From Nemertoderma westbladi (lineage: Eukaryota > Animalia > Xenacoelomorpha): a stretch of 44,993 bases of DNA. Under the pieces are notes generated by a model. It made no database searches, was not told where the DNA came from, and saw nothing but the letters and a program-made list of their open reading frames with translations. How positions within the stretch are numbered: position 1 is the first letter of the stretch; every line of letters starts with the position of its first letter. Positions 1 to 15,000 of the stretch are shown one piece after another. The translations under genes and the position numbers were made by a program. Location: assembly GCA_032718475.1 (NCBI GenBank), contig JAUCBJ010002445.1, positions 1 to 44,993 on the forward strand, given 5' to 3'.

Positions 1-3000
1 GACTTACCTGTTACATAAAGTACACCACTCGGGGCCCGACTCAGTGACTTACCTGTTACATAAAGTACACCACCCGGGGCCCGACTCAGTGACTTACCTG
101 TTACATAAAGTACACCACCCGGGGCCCGACTCAGTGACTTACCTGTTAGATAAAGTACACCACCCGGGGTCCGACTCAGTGACTTACCTGTTACATAAAG
201 TACACCACTCGGGGTCCGACTCAGTGACTTACCTGTTACATAAAGTACACCACCCGGGGCCCGACTCAGTGACTTACCTGTTACATAAAGTACACCACCC
301 GGGGTCCGACTCAGTGACTTACCTGTTACATAAAGTACACCACCCGGGGTCCGACTCAGTGACTTACCTGTTAGATAAAGTACACCACCCGGGGCCCGAC
401 TCAGTGACTTACCTGTTACATAAAGTACACCACTCGGGGTCCGACTCAGTGACTTACCTGTTAGATAAAGTACACCACCCGGGGCCCGACTCAGTGACTT
501 ACCTGTTAGATAAAGTACACCACCCGGGGCCCGACTCAGTGACTTACCTGTTACATAAAGTACACCACCCGGGGTCCGACTCAGTGACTTACCTGTTAGA
601 TAAAGTACACCACCCGGGGCCCGACTCAGTGACTTACCTGTTAGATAAAGTACACCACCCGGGGTCCGACTCAGTGACTTACCTGTTAGATAAAGTACAC
701 CACTCGGGGTCCGACTCAGTGACTTACCTGTTAGATAAAGTACACCACCCGGGGCCCGACTCAGTGACTTACCTGTTAGATAAAGTACACCACCCGGGGT
801 CCGACTCAGTGACTTACCTGTTAGATAAAGTACACCACTCGGGGTCCGACTCAGTGACTTACCTGTTAGATAAAGTACACCACCCGGGGCCCGACTCAGT
901 GACTTACCTGTTAGATAAAGTACACCACCCGGGGTCCGACTCAGTGACTTACCTGTTAGATAAAGTACACCACCCGGGGTCCGGCTCAGTGACTTACCTG
1001 TTAGATAAAGTACACCACCCGGGGTCCGACTCAGTGACTTACCTGTTAGATAAAGTACACCACCCGGGGTCCGACTCAGTGACTTACCTGTTAGATAAAG
1101 TACACCACCCGGGGTCCGGCTCAGTGACTTACCTGTTAGATAAAGTACACCACCCGGGGCCCGACTCAGTGACTTACCTGTTACATAAAGTACACCACCC
1201 GGGGTCCGACTCAGTGACTTACCTGTTAGATAAAGTACACCACCCGGGGTCCGGCTCAGTGACTTACCTGTTAGATAAAGTACACCACCCGGGGTCCGAC
1301 TCAGTGACTTACCTGTTACATAAAGTACACCACCCGGGGCCCGACTCAGTGACTTACCTGTTACATAAAGTACACCACCCGGGGCCCGACTCAGTGACTT
1401 ACCTGTTACATAAAGTACACCACCCGGGGTCCGACTCAGTGACTTACCTGTTACATAAAGTACACCACCCGGGGCCCGACTCAGTGACTTACCTGTTACA
1501 TAAAGTACACCACTCGGGGCCCGACTCAGTGACTTACCTGTTACATAAAGTACACCACCCGGGGCCCGACTCAGTGACTTACCTGTTACATAAAGTACAC
1601 CACTCGGGGCCCGACTCAGTGACTTACCTGTTACATAAAGTACACCACCCGGGGTCCGACTCAGTGACTTACCTGTTACATAAAGTACACCACCCGGGGC
1701 CCGACTCAGTGACTTACCTGTTACATAAAGTACACCACTCGGGGCCCGACTCAGTGACTTACCTGTTACATAAAGTACACCACTCGGGGCCCGACTCAGT
1801 GACTTACCTGTTAGATAAAGTACACCACCCGGGGTCCGACTCAGTGACTTACCTGTTACATAAAGTACACCACCCGGGGTCCGACTCAGTGACTTACCTG
1901 TTACATAAAGTACACCACCCGGGGTCCGACTCAGTGACTTACCTGTTACATAAAGTACACCACTCGGGGCCCGACTCAGTGACTTACCTGTTACATAAAG
2001 TACACCACCCGGGGTCCGACTCAGTGACTTACCTGTTACATAAAGTACACCACCCGGGGTCCGACTCAGTGACTTACCTGTTAGATAAAGTACACCACCC
2101 GGGGCCCGACTCAGTGACTTACCTGTTACATAAAGTACACCACTCGGGGCCCGACTCAGTGACTTACCTGTTACATAAAGTACACCACCCGGGGTCCGAC
2201 TCAGTGACTTACCTGTTACATAAAGTACACCACCCGGGGTCCGACTCAGTGACTTACCTGTTACATAAAGTACACCACCCGGGGTCCGACTCAGTGACTT
2301 ACCTGTTACATAAAGTACACCACTCGGGGCCCGACTCAGTGACTTACCTGTTATATAAAGTACACCACCCGGGGTCCGACTCAGTGACTTACCTGTTACA
2401 TAAAGTACACCACCCGGGGTCCGACTCAGTGACTTACCTGTTAGATAAAGTACACCACCCGGGGCCCGACTCAGTGACTTACCTGTTACATAAAGTACAC
2501 CACCCGGGGTCCGACTCAGTGACTTACCTGTTACATAAAGTACACCACTCGGGGTCCGACTCAGTGACTTACCTGTTACATAAAGCACACCACCCGGGGC
2601 CCGACTCAGTGACTTACCTGTTAGATAAAGTACACCACTCGGGGTCCGACTCAGTGACTTACCTGTTAGATAAAGTACACCACCCGGGGCCCGACTCAGT
2701 GACTTACCTGTTAGATAAAGTACACCACCCGGGGTCCGACTCAGTGACTTACCTGTTAGATAAAGTACACCACCCGGGGTCCGACTCAGTGACTTACCTG
2801 TTACATAAAGTACACCACCCGGGGTCCGACTCAGTGACTTACCTGTTACATAAAGTACACCACCCGGGGTCCGACTCAGTGACTTACCTGTTAGATAAAG
2901 TACACCACCCGGGGCCCGACTCAGTGACTTACCTGTTACATAAAGTACACCACCCGGGGTCCGACTCAGTGACTTACCTGTTACATAAAGTACACCACTC

Positions 3001-6000
3001 GGGGTCCGACTCAGTGACTTACCTGTTACATAAAGTACACCACCCGGGGCCCGACTCAGTGACTTACCTGTTAGATAAAGTACACCACTCGGGGTCCGAC
3101 TCAGTGACTTACCTGTTAGATAAAGTACACCACCCGGGGCCCGACTCAGTGACTTACCTGTTAGATAAAGTACACCACCCGGGGTCCGACTCAGTGACTT
3201 ACCTGTTAGATAAAGTACACCACCCGGGGTCCGACTCAGTGACTTACCTGTTACATAAAGTACACCACCCGGGGTCCGACTCAGTGACTTACCTGTTAGA
3301 TAAAGTACACCACCCGGGGCCCGACTCAGTGACTTACCTGTTACATAAAGTACACCACTCGGGGCCCGACTCAGTGACTTACCTGTTACATAAAGTACAC
3401 CACTCGGGGCCCGACTCAGTGACTTACCTGTTACATAAAGTACACCACTCGGGGCCCGACTCAGTGACTTACCTGTTACATAAAGTACACCACTCGGGGC
3501 CCGACTCAGTGACTTACCTGTTACATAAAGTACACCACCCGGGGTCCGACTCAGTGACTTACCTGTTACATAAAGTACACCACCCGGGGCCCGACTCAGT
3601 GACTTACCTGTTACATAAAGTACACCACTCGGGGCCCGACTCAGTGACTTACCTGTTACATAAAGTACACCACTCGGGGCCCGACTCAGTGACTTACCTG
3701 TTACATAAAGTACACCACCCGGGGTCCGACTCAGTGACTTACCTGTTACATAAAGTACACCACCCGGGGTCCGACTCAGTGACTTACCTGTTACATAAAG
3801 TACACCACCCGGGGTCCGACTCAGTGACTTACCTGTTACATAAAGTACACCACTCGGGGCCCGACTCAGTCACTTACCTGTTACATAAAGTACACCACCC
3901 GGGGTCAGACTCAGTGACTTACCTGTTACATAAAGTACACCACCCGGGGTCCGACTCAGTGACTTACCTGTTAGATAAAGTACACCACCCGGGGCCCGAC
4001 TCAGTGACTTACCTGTTACATAAAGTACACCACCCGGGGCCCGACTCAGTGACTTACCTGTTACATAAAGTACACCACCCGGGGTCCGACTCAGTGACTT
4101 ACCTGTTACATAAAGTACACCACCCGGGGTCCGACTCAGTGACTTACCTGTTACATAAAGTACACCACCCGGGGTCCGACTCAGTGACTTACCTGTTACA
4201 TAAAGTACACCACTCGGGGCCCGACTCAGTGACTTACCTGTTATATAAAGTACACCACCCGGGGTCCGACTCAGTGACTTACCTGTTACATAAAGTACAC
4301 CACCCGGGGTCTGACTCAGTGACTTACCTGTTAGATAAAGTACACCACCCGGGGCCCGACTCAGTGACTTACCTGTTACATAAAGTACACCACCCGGGGT
4401 CCGACTCAGTGACTTACCTGTTACATAAAGTACACCACTCGGGGTCCGACTCAGTGACTTACCTGTTACATAAAGTACACCACCCGGGGCCCGACTCAGT
4501 GACTTACCTGTTAGATAAAGTACACCACTCGGGGTCCGACTCAGTGACTTACCTGTTAGATAAAGTACACCACCCGGGGCCCGACTCAGTGACTTACCTG
4601 TTAGATAAAGTACACCACCCGGGGTCCGACTCAGTGACTTACCTGTTAGATAAAGTACACCACCCGGGGTCCGACTCAGTGACTTACCTGTTAGATAAAG
4701 TACACCACCCGGGGTCCGACTCAGTGACTTACCTGTTAGATAAAGTACACCACCCGGGGTCCGACTCAGTGACTTACCTGTTACATAAAGTACACCACCC
4801 GGGGTCCGGCTCAGTGACTTACCTGTTAGATAAAGTACACCACCCGGGGCCCGACTCAGTGACTTACCTGTTACATAAAGTACACCACCCGGGGTCCGAC
4901 TCAGTGACTTACCTGTTAGATAAAGTACACCACCCGGGGTCCGACTCAGTGACTTACCTGTTAGATAAAGTACACCACCCGGGGCCCGACTCAGTGACTT
5001 ACCTGTTACATAAAGTACACCACCCGGGGCCCGACTCAGTGACTTACCTGTTACATAAAGTACACCACCCGGGGCCCGACTCCGTGACTTACCTGTTAGA
5101 TAAAGTACACCACCCGGGGCCCGACTCAGTGACTTACCTGTTAGATAAAGTACACCACCCGGGGTCCGACTCAGTGACTCACCTGTTAGATAAAGTACAC
5201 CACCCGGGGTCCGGCTCAGTGACTTACCTGTTAGATAAAGTACACCACCCGGGGTCCGACTCAGTGACTTACCTGTTAGATAAAGTACACCACCCGGGGT
5301 CCGGCTCAGTGACTTACCTGTTAGATAAAGTACACCACCCGGGGTCCGACTCAGTGACTTACCTGTTAGATAAAGTACACCACGCGGGGCCCGACTCAGT
5401 GACTTACCTGTTAGATAAAGTACACCACCCGGGGTCCGACTCAGTGACTTACCTGTTACATAAAGTACACCACCCGGGGCCCGACTCAGTGACTTACCTG
5501 TTACATAAAGTACACCACCCGGGGCCCGACTCCGTGACTTACCTGTTAGATAAAGTACACCACCCGGGGCCCGACTCCGTGACTTACCTGTTAGATAAAG
5601 TACACCACCCGGGGTCCGACTCAGTGACTTACCTGTTAGATAAAGTACACCACCCGGGGTCCGACTCAGTGACTTACCTGTTAGATAAAGTACACCACCC
5701 GGGGTCTGGCTCAGTGACTTACCTGTTAGATAAAGTACACCACCCGGGGTCCGACTCAGTGACTTACCTGTTAGATAAAGTACACCACGCGGGGCCCGAC
5801 TCAGTGACTTACCTGTTAGATAAAGTACACCACCCGGGGTCCGGCTCAGTGACTTACCTGTTAGATAAAGTACACCACCCGGGGTCCGACTCAGTGACTT
5901 ACCTGTTAGATAAAGTACACCACCCGGGGTCCGACTCAGTGACTTACCTGTTAGATAAAGTACACCACCCGGGGTCCGGCTCAGTGACTTACCTGTTAGA

Positions 6001-9000
6001 TAAAGTACACCACCCGGGGCCCGACTCAGTGACTTACCTGTTACATAAAGTACACCACCCGGGGTCCGACTCAGTGACTTACCTGTTAGATAAAGTACAC
6101 CACCCGGGGTCCGGCTCAGTGACTTACCTGTTAGATAAAGTACACCACCCGGGGCCCGACTCAGTGACTTACCTGTTACATAAAGTACACCACCCGGGGC
6201 CCGACTCAGTGACTTACCTGTTACATAAAGTACACCACCCGGGGCCCGACTCAGTGACTTACCTGTTACATAAAGTACACCACCCGGGGTCCGACTCAGT
6301 GACTTACCTGTTAGATAAAGTACACCACCCGGGGTCCGGCTCAGTGACTTACCTGTTAGATAAAGTACACCACCCGGGGTCCGGCTCAGTGACTTACCTG
6401 TTAGATAAAGTACACCACTCGGGGTCCGACTCAGTGACTTACCTGTTACATAAAGCACACCACCCGGGGCCCGACTCAGTGACTTACCTGTTACATAAAG
6501 TACACCACCCGGGGCCCGACTCAGTGACTTACCTGTTACATAAAGTACACCACCCGGGGCCCGACTCAGTGACTTACCTGTTACATAAAGCACACCACCC
6601 GGGGCCCGACTCAGTGACTTACCTGTTACATAAAGTACACCACCCGGGGCCCGACTCAGTGACTTACCTGTTACATAAAGTACACCACTCGGGCTCCGAC
6701 TCAGTGACTTACCTGTTAGATAAAGTACACCACCCGGGGCCCGACTCAGTGACTTACCTGTTACATAAAGTACACCACCCGGGGCCCGACTCAGTGACTT
6801 ACCTGTTAGATAGAGTACACCACTCGGGGTCCGACTCAGTGACTTACCTGTTACATAAAGTACACCACTCGGGGTCCGACTCAGTGACTTACCTGTTACA
6901 TAAAGTACACCACCCGGGGCCCGACTCAGTGACTTACCTGTTACATAAAGTACACCACTCGGGGTCCGACTCAGTGACTTACCTGTTACATAAAGTACAC
7001 CACCCGGGGCCCGACTCAGTGACTTACCTGTTAGATAGAGTACACCACTCGGGGTCCGACTCAGTGACTTACCTGTTACATAAAGTACACCACTCGGGGT
7101 CCGACTCAGTGACTTACCTGTTACATAAAGTACACCACTCGGGGTCCGACTCAGTGACTTACCTGTTACATAAAGTACACCACTCGGGGTCCGACTCAGT
7201 GACTTACCTGTTACATAAAGTACACCACCCGGGGCCCGACTCAGTGACTTACCTGTTACATAAAGTACACCACTCGGGGTCCGACTCAGTGACTTACCTG
7301 TTAGATAAAGTACACCACCCGGGGCCCGACTCCGTGACTTACCTGTTAGATAAAGTACACCACCCGGGGCCCGACTCAGTGACTTACCTGTTAGATAAAG
7401 TACACCACCCGGGGTCCGACTCAGTGACTTATCTGTTAGATAAAGTACACCACCCGGGGCCCGACTCAGTGACTTACCTGTTACATAAAGTACACCACCC
7501 GGGGCCCGACTCAGTGACTTACCTGTTACTTAAAGTACACCACCCAGGGCCCGACTCAGTGACTTACCTGTTACATAAAGTACACCACCCGGGGCCCGAC
7601 TCCGTGACTTACCTGTTACATAAAGTACACCACTCGGGGTCCGACTCAGTGACTTACCTGTTACATAAAGTACACCACCCGGGGCCCGACTCAGTGACTT
7701 ACCTGTTAGATAAAGTACACCACCCGGGGCCCGACTCAGTGACTTACCTGTTAGATAAAGAACACCACCCGGGGTCCGACTCAGTGACTTACCTGTTACA
7801 TAAAGTACACCACCCGGGGCCCGACTCAGTGACTTACCTGTTAGATAAAGTACACCACCCGGGGTCCGACTCAGTGACTTACCTGTTAGATAAAGTACAC
7901 CACACGGGGTCCGACTCAGAGACTTACCTGTTACATAAAGTACACCACCCGGGGCCCGACTCAGTGACTTACCTGTTAGATAAAGTACACCACCCGGGGT
8001 CCGACTCAGTGACTTACCTGTTACATAAAGTACACCACCCGGGGCCCGACTCAGTGACTTACCTGTTAGATAAAGTACACCACCCGGGGTCCGACTCAGT
8101 GACTTACCTGTTACATAAAGTACACCACCCGGGGCCCGACTCAGTGACTTACCTGTTAGATAAAGTACACCACCCGGAGCCCGACTCAGCGACTTACCTG
8201 TTAGATAAAGTACACCACACGTGGCCCGACTCCGTGACTTACCTGTTACATAAAGTACACCACTCGGGGTCCGACTCAGTGACTTACCTGTTAGATAAAG
8301 TTCACCACCCGGGGCCCGACTCAGTGACTTACGTCTGTTAGATAAAGTACACCACCCGGGGTCCGACTCAGTGACTTACCTGTTACATAAAGTACACCAC
8401 CCGGGGCCCGACTCAGTGACTTACCTGTTAGATAAAGTACACCACCCGGGGCCCGACTCAGTGACTTACCTGTTAGATAAAGTACACCACCCGTGGCCCG
8501 ACTCCGTGACTTACCTGTTACATAAAGTACACCACTCGGGGTCCGACTCAGTGACTTACCTGTTAGATAAAGTACACCACCCGGGGCCCGACTCAGTGAC
8601 TTACCTGTTAGATAAAGTACACCACCCGGGGCCCGACTCAGTGACTTACCTGTTAGATAAAGTACACCACCCGGGGTCCGACTCAGTGACTTACCTGTTA
8701 CATAAAGTACACCACCCGGGGCCCGACTCAGTGACTTACCTGTTAGATAAAGTACACCACCCGGGGCCCGACTCAGTGACTTACCTGTTAGATAAAGTAC
8801 ACCACCCGTGGCCCGACTCCGTGACTTACCTGTTACATAAAGTACACCACTCGGGGTCCGACTCAGTGACTTACCTGTTAGATAAAGTACACCACCCGGG
8901 GCCCGACTCAGTGACTTACCTGTTAGATAAAGTACACCACCCGGGGCCCGACTCAGTGACTTACCTGTTAGATAAAGTACACCACCCGGGGCCCGACTCC

Positions 9001-12000
9001 GTGACTTACCTGTTAGATAAAGTACACCACCCGCAACCGGGGCCCGACTCAGTGACTTACCTGTTAGATAAAGTACACCACATGGGGTCCGACTCAGTGA
9101 CTTACCTGTTAGATAAAGTACACCACCCGGGGTCCGACTCAGTGACTTACCTGTTAGATAAAGTACACCACCCGGGGCCCGACTCCGTGACTTACCTGTT
9201 AGATAAAGTACACCACCCGCAACCGGGGCCCGACTCAGTGACTTACCTGTTAGATAAAGTACACCACACGGGGTCCGACTCAGTGACTTACCTGTTAGAT
9301 AAAGTACACCACCCGGGGTCCGACTCAGTGACTTACCTGTTAGATAAAGTACACCACTCGGGGTCCGACTCAGTGACTTACCTGTTAGATAAAGTACACC
9401 ACCCGGGGCCCGACTCCGTGACTTACCTGTTAGATAAAGTACACCACACGGGGTCCGACTCAGTGACTTACCTGTTAGATAAAGTACACCACCCGGGGTC
9501 CGACTCAGTGACTTACCTGTTAGATAAAGTACACCACTCGGGGTCCGACTCAGTGACTTACCTGTTAGATAAAGTACACCACCCGGGGTCCGACTTAGTG
9601 ACTTACCTGTTACATAAAGTACACCACCCGGGGCCCGACTCAGTGACTTACCTGTTAGATAAAGTACACCACCCGGGGTCCGACTCAGTGACTTACATGT
9701 TACATAAAGTACACCACCCGGGGCCCGACTCAGTGACTTACCTGTTAGATAAAGTACACCACCCGGAGCCCGACTCAGCGACTTACCTGTTAGATAAAGT
9801 ACACCACCCGGGGCCCAACTCCGTGACTTACCTGTTAGATAAAGTACACCACCCGGGGCCCGACTCAGTGACTTACCTGTTAGATAAAGTACACCACCCG
9901 GGGTCCGACTCAGTGACTTACCTGTTAGATAAAGTACACCACCCGGGGCCCGACTCAGTGACTTACCTGTTAGATAAAGTACACCATCCGGGGCCCGACT
10001 CAGAGACTTACCTGTTAGATAAAGTACACCACCCGGGGTCCGACTCAGTGACTTACCTGTTAGATAAAGTACACCACCCGGGGCCCGACTCAGTGACTTA
10101 CCTGTTAGATAAAGTACACCACCCGGGGCTCGACTCAGTGACTTACCTGTTAGATAAAGTACACCACCCGGGGCCCGACTCAGTGACTTACCTGTTAGAT
10201 AAAGTACACCACCCGGGGTCCGACTCAGTGACTTATCTGTTAGATAAAGTACACCACCCGGGGCCCGACTCAGTGACTTACCTGTTACATAAAGTACACC
10301 ACCCGGGGTCCGACTCAGTGACTTACCTGTTACATAAAGTACACCACCCGGGGCCCGACTCAGTGACTTACCTGTTACATAAAGTACACCACCCGGGGCC
10401 CGACTCAGTGACTTACCTGTTAGATAAAGTACACCACCCGGGGTCCGACTCAGTGACTTACGTCTGTTAGATAAAGTACACCACCCAGGGCCCGACTCCG
10501 TGACTTACCTGTTACATAAAGTACACCACCCGGGGTCCGACTCAGTGACTTACCTGTTAGATAAAGTACACCACCCGCGGCCCGACTCAGTGACTTACCT
10601 GTTAGATAGAGTACACCACCCGGGGTCCGACTCAGTGACTTACCTGTTAGATAAAGTACACCACACGGGGCCCGACTCAGTGACTTACCTGTTAGATAAA
10701 GTACACCACTCGGGGTCCGACTCAGTGATTTACCTGTTAGATAAAGTACACCACCCGGGGCCCGACTCAGTGACTTACCTGTTAGATAAAGTACACCACT
10801 CGGGGTCCGACTCAGTGATTTACCTGTTAGATAAAGTACACCACCCGGGGCCCGACTCAGTGACTTACCTGTTAGATAAAGTACACCACTCGGGGACCGA
10901 CTCAGTGATTTACCTGTTAGATAAAGTACACCACCCGGGGCCCGACTCAGTGACTTACCTGTTAGATAAAGTACACCACCCGGGGCCCAACTCAGTGACT
11001 TACCTGTTAGATAAAGTACACCACCCGGGGCCCGAATCAGTGACTTACCTGTTAGATAAAGTACACCACCCGGGGCCCGACTCAGTGACTTACCTGTTAG
11101 ATAAAGTACACCACCCGGGGTCCGACTCAGTGACTTACCTGTTAGATAAAGTACACCACCCGGGGCCCGACTCATTGACTTACCTGTTACATAAAGTACA
11201 CCACCCGGGGCCCGACTCCGTGACTTACCTGTTACATAAATTACACCACCCGGGGCCCGACTCCGTGACTTACCTGTTATATAAAGTACACCACCCGGGG
11301 TCCGACTCATTGACTTACCTGTTAGATAAAGTACACCACCCGGGGTCCGACTCCGTGACTTACCTGTTAGATAAAGTACACCACCCGGGGCCCGACTCCG
11401 TGACTTACCTGTTAGATAAAGTACACCACCCGGGGCCCGACTCAGTGACTTACCTGTTAGATAAAGTACACCACCCGGGGCCCGACTCAGTGACTTACCT
11501 GTTAGATAAAGTACACCACCCGGGGCCCAACTCAGTGACTTACCTGTTAGATAAAGTACACCACCCGGGGCCCGACTCAGTGACTTGTACCTGTTAGATA
11601 AAGTACACCACACGGGGTCCGACTCAGTGACTTACCTGTTAGATAAAGTACACCACACGGGGTCCGACTCAGTGACTTACCTGTTAGATAAAGCACACCA
11701 CCCGGGGTCCGACTCCGTGACTTACCTGTTAGATAAAGTACACCACCCGGGGTCCGACTCAGTGACTTACCTGTTACATAAAGTACACCACCCAGGGCCC
11801 GACTTAGTGACTTACCTGTTAGATAAAGTACACCACCCGGAGCCCGACTCAGAGACTTACCTGTTAGATAAAGTACACCACACGGGGTCCGACTCAGTGA
11901 CTTACCTGTTAGATAAAGTACACCACCCGGGGTCCGACTCAGTGACTTACCTGTTAGATAAAGTACACCACCCGGGGCCCGACTCCGTGACTTACCTGTT

Positions 12001-15000
12001 AGATAAAGTACACCACCCGCAACCGGGGCCCGACTCAGTGACTTACCTGTTAGATAAAGTACACCACACGGGGTCCGACTCAGTGACTTACCTGTTAGAT
12101 AAAGTACACCACCCGGGGTCCGACTCAGTGACTTACCTGTTAGATAAAGTACACCACTCGGGGTCCGACTCAGTGACTTACCTGTTAGATAAAGTACACC
12201 ACCCGGGGCCCGACTCCGTGACTTACCTGTTAGATAAAGTACACCACACGGGGTCCGACTCAGTGACTTACCTGTTAGATAAAGTACACCACCCGGGGTC
12301 CGACTCAGTGACTTACCTGTTAGATAAAGTACACCACTCGGGGTCCGACTCAGTGACTTACCTGTTAGATAAAGTACACCACCCGGGGTCCGACTTAGTG
12401 ACTTACCTGTTACATAAAGTACACCACCCGGGGCCCGACTCAGTGACTTACCTGTTAGATAAAGTACACCACCCGGGGTCCGACTCAGTGACTTACATGT
12501 TACATAAAGTACACCACCCGGGGCCCGACTCAGTGACTTACCTGTTAGATAAAGTACACCACCCGGAGCCCGACTCAGCGACTTACCTGTTAGATAAAGT
12601 ACACCACCTGGGGCCCAACTCCGTGACTTACCTGTTAGATAAAGTACACCACCCGGAGCCCGACTCAGCGACTTACCTGTTAGATAAAGTACACCACCTG
12701 GGGCCCAACTCCGTGACTTACCTGTTAGATAAAGTACACCACCCGGGGCCCGACTCAGTGACTTACCTGTTAGATAAAGTACACCACCCGGGGTCCGACT
12801 CAGTGACTTACCTGTTAGATAAAGTACACCACCCGGGGCCCGACTCAGTGACTTACCTGTTAGATAAAGTACACCACCCGGGGTCCGACTCAGTGACTTA
12901 CCTGTTAGATAAAGTACACCACCCGGGGCCCGACTCAGTGACTTACCTGTTAGATAAAGTACACCATCCGGGGCCCGACTCAGAGACTTACCTGTTAGAT
13001 AAAGTACACCACCCGGGGTCCGACTCAGTGACTTACCTGTTAGATAAAGTACACCACCCGGGGCCCGACTCAGTGACTTACCTGTTAGATAAAGTACACC
13101 ACCCGGGGCCCGACTCAGTGACTTACCTGTTAGATAAAGTACACCACCCGGGGCCCGACTCAGTGACTTACCTGTTAGATAAAGTACACCACCCGGGGTC
13201 CGACTCAGTGACTTATCTGTTAGATAAAGTACACCACCCGGGGCCCGACTCAGTGACTTACCTGTTACATAAAGTACACCACCCGGGGTCCGACTCAGTG
13301 ACTTACCTGTTACATAAAGTACACCACCCGGGGCCCGACTCAGTGACTTACCTGTTACATAAAGTACACCACCCGGGGCCCGACTCAGTGACTTACCTGT
13401 TAGATAAAGTACACCACCCGGGGTCCGACTCAGTGACTTACGTCTGTTAGATAAAGTACACCACCCAGGGCCCGACTCCGTGACTTACCTGTTACATAAA
13501 GTACACCACCCGGGGTCCGACTCAGTGACTTACCTGTTAGATAAAGTACACCACCCGCGGCCCGACTCAGTGACTTACCTGTTAGATAGAGTACACCACC
13601 CGGGGTCCGACTCAGTGACTTACCTGTTAGATAAAGTACACCACACGGGGCCCGACTCAGTGACTTACCTGTTAGATAAAGTACACCACTCGGGGTCCGA
13701 CTCAGTGATTTACCTGTTAGATAGAGTACACCACCCGGGGTCCGACTCAGTGACTTACCTGTTACATAAAGTACACCACCCGGGGTCCGACTCAGTGACT
13801 TACCTGTTAGATAAAGTACACCACCCGCGGCCCGACTCAGTGACTTACCTGTTAGATAGAGTACACCACCCGGGGTCCGACTCAGTGACTTACCTGTTAG
13901 ATAAAGTACACCACACGGGGCCCGACTCAGTGACTTACCTGTTAGATAAAGTACACCACTCGGGGTCCGACTCAGTGATTTACCTGTTAGATAAAGTACA
14001 CCACCCGGGGCCCGACTCAGTGACTTACCTGTTAGATAAAGTACACCACTCGGGGTCCGACTCAGTGATTTACCTGTTAGATAAAGTACACCACCCGGGG
14101 CCCGACTCAGTGACTTACCTGTTAGATAAAGTACACCACTCGGGGTCCGACTCAGTGATTTACCTGTTAGATAAAGTACACCACCCGGGGCCCGACTCAG
14201 TGACTTACCTGTTAGATAAAGTACACCACCCGGGGCCCAACTCAGTGACTTACCTGTTAGATAAAGTACACCACCCGGGGCCCGAATCAGTGACTTACCT
14301 GTTAGATAAAGTACACCACCCGGGGCCCGACTCAGTGACTTACCTGTTAGATAAAGTACACCACCCGTGGCCCGACTCCGTGACTTACCTGTTACATAAA
14401 GTACACCACTCGGGGTCCGACTCAGTGACTTACCTGTTAGATAAAGTACACCACCCGGGGCCCGACTCAGTGACTTACCTGTTAGATAAAGTACACCACC
14501 CGGGGCCCGACTCAGTGACTTACCTGTTAGATAAAGTACACCACCCGGGGCCCGACTCCGTGACTTACCTGTTAGATAAAGTACACCACCCGCAACCGGG
14601 GCCCGACTCAGTGACTTACCTGTTAGATAAAGTACACCACATGGGGTCCGACTCAGTGACTTACCTGTTAGATAAAGTACACCACCCGGGGTCCGACTCA
14701 GTGACTTACCTGTTAGATAAAGTACACCACCCGGGGCCCGACTCCGTGACTTACCTGTTAGATAAAGTACACCACCCGCAACCGGGGCCCGACTCAGTGA
14801 CTTACCTGTTAGATAAAGTACACCACACGGGGTCCGACTCAGTGACTTACCTGTTAGATAAAGTACACCACCCGGGGTCCGACTCAGTGACTTACCTGTT
14901 AGATAAAGTACACCACTCGGGGTCCGACTCAGTGACTTACCTGTTAGATAAAGTACACCACCCGGGGCCCGACTCCGTGACTTACCTGTTAGATAAAGTA

